Origin: Elusimicrobiota bacterium
GTDB taxonomy: Bacteria > Elusimicrobiota > Elusimicrobia > Elusimicrobiales > UBA9959
Reading direction: 5' to 3'
Assembly: GCA_036574205.1 (NCBI GenBank)
Contig: JAINCQ010000037.1
Location: 1 to 64,000, forward strand
DNA length: 64,000 nucleotides
This document shows, piece after piece, positions 56,527-64,000 of this stretch. The translations under genes and the position numbers were made by a program. Each line of letters opens with the position of its first letter. Positions within the stretch are counted from its first letter, which is position 1. The notes under the pieces are model-generated. The model was given only the letters and a program-made list of their open reading frames with translations. It was not told the DNA's origin and did no database searches.

Positions 56527-56850
56527 TTATATAAAAAGAATTGAAATTATTAAAAGAACCGTTATTATATATATCAAAGGAACTGCAAAGGAAACTCCAC
56601 TTGAGAAAGCTAAAGTCATTAGCATAAGCGCCGCAACATGCAAAATCGTAAAAAAAATAGCATATGGATAAAACTCTTCATAGCCAGCTGAAACCTTTTG
56701 AGCCGGAAAATCTTCGCCACAGGCATATGTTTTTGATGTCTCTGGCTTTTTTGTAATGGCTGGTTCAAAACTTTTTATCATTTTGCCAAATAGCAAAATA
56801 AGCACCAGCGTTATCAAAAAAGCAAAAGGTGGATAGAGAAGTATTTGCAT
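56527..56850 (-). CDS. NuoA-like membrane subunit
   Basis: Three TM segments; YACGE loop motif. Confidence 0.75.
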   Translation of the reverse strand: MQILLYPPFAFLITLVLILLFGKMIKSFEPAITKKPETSKTYACGEDFPAQKVSAGYEEFYPYAIFFTILHVAALMLMTLAFSSGVSFAVPLIYIITVLLIISILFI

Positions 56851-56853
56851 AAA

Positions 56854-57156
56854 TTACCCCTTTAAGTTCATCAGTTTTTTAATATCTACACTTTGATTTA
56901 AGTTATAGGATTTTACAACAAGAGCAAGACCGCTTGCTATCACTACAACCTCAACCAGTATCATAACTATTATTATATTCTGGGCAAGGTTTATATTATT
57001 GGTTGCCTGTCCAGCCGTAATTACCGCTATAAGAGAAGATTTTGATATTATCTCAAAGCCTATAAGAAGTTTTATAATATTTCTTGAAACTGTCATGCAA
57101 TAGGCGCCTATAAAAAAAAGTATTATCACAAAAAACCAGTCAAGAGGAAAATTCAT
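56854..57156 (-). CDS. NuoK/MrpC-like membrane subunit
   Basis: RNIIKLLIGFEI motif; three TM segments. Confidence 0.82.
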   Translation of the reverse strand: MNFPLDWFFVIILFFIGAYCMTVSRNIIKLLIGFEIISKSSLIAVITAGQATNNINLAQNIIIVMILVEVVVIASGLALVVKSYNLNQSVDIKKLMNLKG

Positions 57157-57641
57157 TATTTTACCTCCTTTGTAAATATATGCTTTATTACAAAAACACT
57201 TGCCGCAAGGAGTGTTAACTGTCCTATTATGTCAACTCCCCTATAAATCCATATAAATTTTCCAAGAGGGTCTTGATTGGAAGTATTAAAGGTTGAATAT
57301 TTAAGTAGTTTTGAAAAATATTCTGGAACAAAAATAGATGTAGCTATAATAAATCCTACAAGAATAATCGGAAAAACAATATATTTTACCCTGTTTTCCT
57401 TTAAAGATTCTTCATCATTCTTAATTAAGTTAACTGCGCTTATAAATAATACAGTTATAAGCCCGGCGCAGACCGAAAGTTCAAAAACTGCCGCCCACGG
57501 AGCTGAATACGCGAAAAGCAATATGGAGACTCCTATGCTTAGAACTGCAAGCATTATTGCCGAATTTATCAATTTTTTTGAAATAACACTTGCAGCAGCT
57601 GCAACAATTATTATAAAAAATATTAGAAGATAGTATATCAT
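57156..57641 (-). CDS. NuoJ-like membrane subunit
   Basis: AP.AAVFELSVCAGLITVLF; start at ATG 57641 after a GGAGG SD. Confidence 0.78.
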   Translation of the reverse strand: MIYYLLIFFIIIVAAAASVISKKLINSAIMLAVLSIGVSILLFAYSAPWAAVFELSVCAGLITVLFISAVNLIKNDEESLKENRVKYIVFPIILVGFIIATSIFVPEYFSKLLKYSTFNTSNQDPLGKFIWIYRGVDIIGQLTLLAASVFVIKHIFTKEVK

Positions 57642-57651
57642 TAATCCTCCA

Positions 57652-59052
57652 TTAAATCGGTATTTTTTCAAGATACAAATATATTTTATTGAAGAATAAT
57701 CCTGTTATTATTATAAAAAAGCTTATTATAACTACAGGAATTAGAAGTTGAAATTTTGCTTCTTTAATATCTTGAAATTTTTCAGGCAATTTTCCAAAAA
57801 AAACCTTTTTTTGCATTATCATAAAATAAGCAAGGGTTACTATGCTAAAAATAAGTGCGGATGTTGCATAATAAACATTTCCTTTTTCCCATAAAGCTAT
57901 TATAATAATCAGCTTACTCCAGAACCCTGAAAGAGGAGGAACTCCGGCGGTTGAAAGAAGCGCTACTATTGATGTCCAGGATGTATATGGCATTCTATGT
58001 TCCAATCCCTTTAACTCATCCATGTTGGTGGTTTGAGTTGCTTTTTCAACGCAGGCAGAATTTAAAAATAAAACAGTTTTAAAAGTAGCATGGTTTATAA
58101 GATGAAAAACAGCAGCCATAATTCCAAGCGGTGTAAAAGTCCCCGTTGCCATTATTATGTATCCCATCTGGCTTATACTTGAATATGCAAGCATTCTCTT
58201 AAAGTCTCTTTGAACAATTGCACCAACTGCACCAAGTATTACTGATAAAAGTCCAGTAAATAAAAGCAAGGATGAAATTTTTGATATGATTGGAGAATTT
58301 GAAATCATTATGGATATTTTGATTATGGCATATATCCCACCTACTTTTGTTATTATACCTGCAAGATATGCCGAAATTGGTGAAAATGCTCCTTGATATA
58401 CATCAGGGGTCCAAAAGTGAAAAGGTGCGATTCCTGATTTTATAAGAAAACCAATTATTATAAGCGAAAATGCTATTATGGAAAGAAAATTAATATTTGT
58501 GAATTTGATGATCTCAAATCCAAACCCACCGTAATTCAACATTAAAAGAGATATTCCGAATATTATTAAAACAGAAGCTGGAAAGGTAAGAAAGAAATAT
58601 TTTATTGCAGCTTCTACTGAAATATTTTTGCTATTTGAGGTAATGAGAGCAAAAGAACATACACTTAAAGCTTCCATAAAAATATATAAAGTAAAGAAAT
58701 CCCTTGACATAACAAGGGAACACATTGCTGAAACAGAAATAAGTATCAAAGAATAATAAGACACTACATTTGTTTCTTTTTCAACATCATAGTAGGTGGA
58801 GAAAAAAACTATTGCCAGTGCCACAAGATATATTATGAATATCATTGCTAAAGTTAAGGCATCATAAGTAAAAGTGGAATAATTCATTTTTATTACATAA
58901 TAAAAAAGAATATATCCAACATTTATTAATCCGCTTAAAAGTGCGACATTCGCAAATATTTCTGTTATCCTTTTGCTTTTTCTTGATATAAAAGGAATAG
59001 CAAGCGCAGAAAATAGCGGAATTAAATTATAAGAAAGGAAATCTGTTACCAT
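57652..59052 (-). CDS. Antiporter-like subunit (NuoN/MrpD family)
   Basis: YIFME, KSGIAPFHFWTPD, KRMLAYSS and G.PP..GF.SK motifs. Confidence 0.9.
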   Translation of the reverse strand: MVTDFLSYNLIPLFSALAIPFISRKSKRITEIFANVALLSGLINVGYILFYYVIKMNYSTFTYDALTLAMIFIIYLVALAIVFFSTYYDVEKETNVVSYYSLILISVSAMCSLVMSRDFFTLYIFMEALSVCSFALITSNSKNISVEAAIKYFFLTFPASVLIIFGISLLMLNYGGFGFEIIKFTNINFLSIIAFSLIIIGFLIKSGIAPFHFWTPDVYQGAFSPISAYLAGIITKVGGIYAIIKISIMISNSPIISKISSLLLFTGLLSVILGAVGAIVQRDFKRMLAYSSISQMGYIIMATGTFTPLGIMAAVFHLINHATFKTVLFLNSACVEKATQTTNMDELKGLEHRMPYTSWTSIVALLSTAGVPPLSGFWSKLIIIIALWEKGNVYYATSALIFSIVTLAYFMIMQKKVFFGKLPEKFQDIKEAKFQLLIPVVIISFFIIITGLFFNKIYLYLEKIPI

Positions 59053-60935
59053 TTTATCCCTCCAAGATATATTAGATATATTGCTACAAACAGGAATATA
59101 AAAAACATATAGAGTGAATAACTTCCAGTATGAAGTTTTGAAATCTTATCACCGCTCCACACAGCAATCGCTGATGGAATATCATCTATAAGTTTGTCAA
59201 ATCCTCTATCTACTTTGAATAAGAGTTTAGAAAACCAGGCGAAGAACTTTCTGAATATCTCATAAAGATCAAAAAAACCTTTCTCAGCCATATCATATAT
59301 TTCCTTTAATATTGGGGCATGATGTATATGATCTGAAGCTTTATAAGACTTTCCTGATAACTTAAAGCCGATTATATGATTTGATACTGCTATTATAACT
59401 ACTACCAGGAAAATAAGGAACATATTATCAAAATGAAAACCACTTAATTCCTCTCTTGGGTAAAATCCAATGAGGGAAAAGAGAGAAGGAACTATGAACT
59501 TAGAGATAGGCAGATGAGCACCAAATCCAAAAATAATGCATAATGCGCTTAAAGCGATCATTGATATAATCATAGAATAAGGAGCTTCTTTTGTGTCTTT
59601 TAAGTTTTCAGGTAGTTTTCCAAAAAATACGCTATGTCCTAATTTTAAGAATGAGGCAAGTGTGAGTATAGAGCCTATCTCTGCAGCATAGAAAAATATA
59701 TTATATCCGCTTAATAATGCACCTTTATAAACAAGTTCTTTTGAAAAAAATCCGTTAAGAGGGGCTATACCGGAAATTGCCGCAGCGGCTATAAGATAAC
59801 TTATCGCAGTTACTGGCATTTTTGAAAAGAGCCCCCCTAATTTTGAAAGTTCGGTTGTTCCTGTTTGTTTCTCTACAGCACCTGCGGTCATAAACAAGCA
59901 GGATTTATATATAGCATGATTTATCATATGAAATAGACCACCTACTATTCCTATAGGATTGAGAGTTCCTATTCCAAGAACCATATATCCAGTCTGGCTG
60001 ACAGCATGATATGAAAGAAGTCTTTTATAATCTGTCTGTATAAGAGCCATCATAACCGCTATTATTATTGTCAAAGCACCTATTGTCATAAGGATTATTT
60101 GCATTATGGTATTTAATTGATATAAATAAAGGCTTATTCTTGCAAAAAAGTATATTCCAAGTAGTTTATCAACTGCAGCCGGTACAAAAGCCATAAATGC
60201 CGCATTTGAGTTTAATGCTGCATCTGGTATCCAGGTATGAAATGGAAAAGCTCCGGCTTTTGTTAAAGCACCTATTAAAAGCATAACATATGCTATTGTC
60301 CCCCACCCACTTAGAATAAGCCTATTAGAATTTATTTCGGACATTGAAAATGTGTCTGTTATGTATCCAACAATAATTATTCCTATCATCATGGCTATAT
60401 CGCTTATTCCATTTATTAAAAATGTTTTAAGCGCAGTTTGCCTTGTTTGAGTTGAGTTTCCGGAAATAAATATATAAAGATATAGAAGTATAACCATTGA
60501 CTCCCAGAAAAACAACATTGACAACATGTTATCGCTTGTAGCCGAACCAGCCGCCGCGGCCTGGGTCATTAAAAGCAAAAAGTAAAAAATCTTTGATGAA
60601 CCACGATTTGGCGTAGATATTCCATATATTGAGATAAGTAGTGAAAAGATACTGACTGAAACAAGGATGAATGCGGAGATAGCATCTACCCTGAAACTAA
60701 GCATAGAAAAACTACCTAACCATTTAAACTTACATAAAGCCATTCCTTCTCCAGTGCCTGATATTTTAAGTAAAACGATCGCAGCTAAAAGAGAAACAAA
60801 GGATACCATAATCGCTACAGTTTCTTTTAGATATTTTGTTTTATCTGATATCAGAAGTATTAATATCGCTGATATCAGAGGAAGAAGAATCGGTATCATA
60901 ATAAGGTCTGTGATTTGTGAATTAAATATGTTCAT
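59046..60935 (-). CDS. Antiporter-like subunit (NuoL/MrpA/HyfB family)
   Basis: FFWE, KAGAFPFHTWIPD, KRLLSYH and NHAIYK motifs; long C-terminal extension. Confidence 0.9.
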   Translation of the reverse strand: MNIFNSQITDLIMIPILLPLISAILILLISDKTKYLKETVAIMVSFVSLLAAIVLLKISGTGEGMALCKFKWLGSFSMLSFRVDAISAFILVSVSIFSLLISIYGISTPNRGSSKIFYFLLLMTQAAAAGSATSDNMLSMLFFWESMVILLYLYIFISGNSTQTRQTALKTFLINGISDIAMMIGIIIVGYITDTFSMSEINSNRLILSGWGTIAYVMLLIGALTKAGAFPFHTWIPDAALNSNAAFMAFVPAAVDKLLGIYFFARISLYLYQLNTIMQIILMTIGALTIIIAVMMALIQTDYKRLLSYHAVSQTGYMVLGIGTLNPIGIVGGLFHMINHAIYKSCLFMTAGAVEKQTGTTELSKLGGLFSKMPVTAISYLIAAAAISGIAPLNGFFSKELVYKGALLSGYNIFFYAAEIGSILTLASFLKLGHSVFFGKLPENLKDTKEAPYSMIISMIALSALCIIFGFGAHLPISKFIVPSLFSLIGFYPREELSGFHFDNMFLIFLVVVIIAVSNHIIGFKLSGKSYKASDHIHHAPILKEIYDMAEKGFFDLYEIFRKFFAWFSKLLFKVDRGFDKLIDDIPSAIAVWSGDKISKLHTGSYSLYMFFIFLFVAIYLIYLGGIKW

Positions 60936-62362
60936 GGTATATTACTCCCCATATACATTATCTGGGCTGTCAACTCCGCATAAGCATAAGGGTAGGTTAT
61001 GAATATTCCAAGAACCAACCCGACAAAAGATAAAAACAAAACTGAAGCCACCATTGTGGAAGAGCCTTCTGATGGGGCATTCATCTTTTCGTTTCCAAGA
61101 AATATTTTATAGAAAAGACGTGTAAGATAAAGCATGGTGAGAATTGCGCCTATAAAAAATACAAAAGATATTACTATATCGTTTGTTTCTACCGCTCCCT
61201 TAAAGACAAGAAATTTTGCAAAAAATCCTCCAAATGGTGGTAATCCCATTACAGAAAACGATGAAAGAGCAAAGGCAAGAGCAGTAAGCGGCATTGTTTT
61301 AATAAGCCCTCCCATTTTTGTAATGTCTTTTGTATGAGTTTTTTGCTCTATTATACCAGCACAGAGGAACAACCCTGCTTTTGCCATGCTATGCATTAGA
61401 ATATAAAGAAGGCCTCCTGTAAAAGCCAGTTTAGATCCGCTTGCCAGTCCCAGAAATATAAATGAAAGCTGGCTTATTGTTGAATATGCTATTATTCTTT
61501 TAATATCATTATCTATTAAGGCAGCTGCGCCTGAGACAAGAGCTGTTAATCCAGTTATTGCAAGGACCATATAATTGAAGTTCTCAGGTGTTATAAATAC
61601 TGTTCCAAAAAGCTTAGCATAAACAAAAGTTCCTATTTTAACAAGCACAGCAGCATGAAGTAATGCGGTAACGGTTGAAGGTGCTACACCTGCATCTGGA
61701 AGCCAGGTTGAAAATGGCAGTATTGCAGATTTGGAAAATATACCGCATAATATTAAGAGGGCAGGAAGCATTGCTATTTCCTTTGATTTTAGCTCGGAGA
61801 TATTTAATGTCTGGTTTGCGGCATAAATATATATTATTCCTATAAGCATTAATATCGCTCCAAATACAGTAACAAGTATTGTCTTATTAGCTTTTATAAC
61901 ATCTTTGTCGCTTCTGAAAAAACCAACCAATCTCCATGAGGCAAAAGCTGTCAGTTCCCAAAAAACATACATCCATATAAGATTATCCGAATAAACAAGT
62001 CCCATCATAGAACCCATAAAAAGTATAACCATGACATAATATTCTGTCTGATTTTCGTAGTGAGATATATAATCTATTGAGTATATCACTATTATAAGGC
62101 TTGTAAGTGATGAAATGGTGGCCATAAGAGCTGAAAGTGGATCAAGACGGAATGCAAAGTCAAAACTCATAGGAAAACTTATGAGATATTTTGCTCCATC
62201 TATAAACGCGCTTTGCATTAAAGCGCAGTTTAAAATAAATGTGATAGCGGTTATTAAAACGGTTATGGCGTTTCTTAAATCCTTTGATATTTTGTTAAAA
62301 AAAGGAAGCGTAAAAGACCCCACAACCGGTATAAGAACAGCCATCAAAACAGTTTTATCCAT
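60932..62362 (-). CDS. Antiporter-like subunit (NuoL/M/MrpD family)
   Basis: FWE, KSA..PF.TWLPDA, ALLHAA.LVK and KRIIAYST motifs. Confidence 0.9.
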   Translation of the reverse strand: MDKTVLMAVLIPVVGSFTLPFFNKISKDLRNAITVLITAITFILNCALMQSAFIDGAKYLISFPMSFDFAFRLDPLSALMATISSLTSLIIVIYSIDYISHYENQTEYYVMVILFMGSMMGLVYSDNLIWMYVFWELTAFASWRLVGFFRSDKDVIKANKTILVTVFGAILMLIGIIYIYAANQTLNISELKSKEIAMLPALLILCGIFSKSAILPFSTWLPDAGVAPSTVTALLHAAVLVKIGTFVYAKLFGTVFITPENFNYMVLAITGLTALVSGAAALIDNDIKRIIAYSTISQLSFIFLGLASGSKLAFTGGLLYILMHSMAKAGLFLCAGIIEQKTHTKDITKMGGLIKTMPLTALAFALSSFSVMGLPPFGGFFAKFLVFKGAVETNDIVISFVFFIGAILTMLYLTRLFYKIFLGNEKMNAPSEGSSTMVASVLFLSFVGLVLGIFITYPYAYAELTAQIMYMGSNIP

Positions 62363-62445
62363 ATATACCTCTCAAGCTAAGTTTTAAATTTATTTTAACA
62401 AAAATTTTTTTTAAAAAAAATTAACAATTCTAAAAATAAAATTAA

Positions 62446-64000
62446 TCATGCTAATATTAAAACAAAAAAAGGAAGATCAGTTAAAAACTCCGATAAGAGT
62501 ATATCTGGTGTTTTTTTCTTTTTAAGTGCATATATTAGAAGAATGTAATATACAGGCAAAATTATAATAAATAAATTAAGCTTTATATAAAACATTATTG
62601 ATGAGATGAGGATTACAAAAACTAATACATTAATTAGCATAAAAGTTTTTTCCTCTCCAATTGCTGAATATATATTTTCATTTGATATTATCATATCATT
62701 ATATTTCTGGAAAACACTTATTAAAACGCTTCTTAGAGTGGATACGACAAACACAAATAGGAAGGTAAGATAAAAAACTTTTGATCCGATCTTCCCGCAT
62801 GATATTGCTGGAATAAATGTTGTCATATAGCACCATCCAAAAGCTATGAACATATCTTTTATACCCGGGATTTTTATTTTGTTTTTAATCTCTTTATATT
62901 TTACTCCCGCAAAAATAAAAATAAAAATCAAAAAAGAATAAAACACTCCTTTGGTGGTAGATATTGCAATTGAGATAAAAATTAAAAGATACGAGAAGTA
63001 TTTTATCTCTTTTGAATATTTAAGAAAAATCATTTTTTTTATATTATCTTCTAAAAATTCTTTTTCAAGGTTTCTATTTATTATGTGAATTACCATAACT
63101 GATATCGCAATTGCAGATGCAAGAGGAAATTCAATATGGTTTTTAAAAGATTTATATACGAGGGAAATCAGACCAAATGCGGCGAAACCGGTAAATATTC
63201 CAGTTGAAACAAGAACCCTGAATAATTTAATAAATTTTTTTTCCCTAAATACCATTTCTTTTATTTTCTTTTCTACTCTTTCAATCATCCATCCAGGGGT
63301 TGATGCGCCTGCTGTTATAAAAAGCAGATTTACATTCTCAAATATTTCTGGAGTTATCTCATTTTCATTTTCAACAAGAATTGATTTTTTGGAAAGGGTT
63401 TTCGTTATCTGGTAAAGCCTTTGTGTATTAGCTGAGTGTTTGCCCCCTATTATTATTACAAGATCTGAAATTCTGGAAAACTCAATTGTTTCTTTTTGTC
63501 TTAATTTTGTTGGCGTGCATATGGTATTTGAAATAATAAGTTCTGAAACCTTTGTCCTTATTATCTTCACAATTTTGAAGAATAATTCTTCTTCCTGAGT
63601 TGTTTGAGAGACAAGATTTGCTTTTTCTATGTTTGGCAATCTTCTGGCATCTTCTTCAGATGTTATTATAAAATAGTTTTCACCTGCATATCCTTTAAGC
63701 CCTATAACCTCAGCATGTTCAGGATCTCCAAGTATTATAGTTGTATATCCTTTTTTAGAATATTTTGTTATTGTGTTATGAACATTTTTAACAAGAGGAC
63801 AGGTAGCATCTACAACCTCTATGCCCGAGTTTCTGATTTCTTCTTCAATTTTTGGAGGTACACCATGCGCCCTTATAACAAGTATAGAGTTTTTCGGATC
63901 TTTTATTTCTTTTATATCATTGATTGACTCAATCCCGCGTTCTTTCAGGTTTTTTATAACATCATTGTTGTGAATTAATGGACCGAAAGTATAAATTTTT
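62446..64000 (-). CDS. ispH: IspH (HMBPP reductase) fused to a UbiA-like membrane domain; 5' end outside the window
   Basis: Frame stays open from 63999: GPLIHN, RAHG, DATCP.V, H.EV.G, SQTT, TIC..T..RQ, SANT..L and TAGASTP motifs, then about 8 TM segments. Confidence 0.92.
   Translation of the reverse strand, partial: KIYTFGPLIHNNDVIKNLKERGIESINDIKEIKDPKNSILVIRAHGVPPKIEEEIRNSGIEVVDATCPLVKNVHNTITKYSKKGYTTIILGDPEHAEVIGLKGYAGENYFIITSEEDARRLPNIEKANLVSQTTQEEELFFKIVKIIRTKVSELIISNTICTPTKLRQKETIEFSRISDLVIIIGGKHSANTQRLYQITKTLSKKSILVENENEITPEIFENVNLLFITAGASTPGWMIERVEKKIKEMVFREKKFIKLFRVLVSTGIFTGFAAFGLISLVYKSFKNHIEFPLASAIAISVMVIHIINRNLEKEFLEDNIKKMIFLKYSKEIKYFSYLLIFISIAISTTKGVFYSFLIFIFIFAGVKYKEIKNKIKIPGIKDMFIAFGWCYMTTFIPAISCGKIGSKVFYLTFLFVFVVSTLRSVLISVFQKYNDMIISNENIYSAIGEEKTFMLINVLVFVILISSIMFYIKLNLFIIILPVYYILLIYALKKKKTPDILLSEFLTDLPFFVLILA

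Noticed and set aside
53017..62362. Calling the operon NADH dehydrogenase (nuo)
   Set aside because: No NuoEFG, and the large subunit retains both [NiFe]-binding CxxC motifs
63600..63639. ORF-track start of ispH at TTG 63639
   Set aside because: The frame is open to the window edge and contains conserved IspH motifs upstream of this codon
3538..63927. Numerous 60-160 aa ORFs antisense or out of frame to the called genes
   Set aside because: Shadow ORFs inside well-supported genes, without RBS or recognisable motifs

Overview
AT-rich bacterial chromosomal segment, almost all coding and mostly on the minus strand. The gene mix (PorV-like barrel plus a C-terminal-sorting-domain surface protein, pilin-like domain, Bat operon, group 4 hydrogenase) suggests a diderm anaerobe, possibly Elusimicrobiota; this is inference only. 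Contents in order: perR-ahpC with a Per box; a miaB-pilZ-miaA-hflX-plsY-DUF151-IHF-merR cluster; rpiB, tal/pgi and pyk; a MoxR/Bat operon; RDD, dksA and speD-speE; folP and a folK/folC fusion; a 1993-aa kelch/FN3 surface protein with a PorV-like partner; tRNA-Gly(CCC) with a GC-rich structured repeat trailer; folE; a tRNA nucleotidyltransferase; a peptide ABC transporter with a peptidase and dtd; an uncharacterised GlmL-like ATPase plus membrane-protein cluster; PpiC and MscS; an 11-gene complex-I-like [NiFe] hydrogenase operon; and an ispH-UbiA-like fusion cut by the window edge. Most notable: (1) the tRNA-Gly trailer, with 56-nt units carrying a perfect antisense copy of the tRNA's own anticodon arm, followed by modular covarying hairpins; (2) the orphan GlmL-like ATPase/membrane cluster; (3) a recurrent leaderless-promoter signature; (4) several unusual fusions. 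No integrase, transposase, phage gene or CRISPR-Cas was seen. All protein calls come from motif recognition by eye, not database searches.
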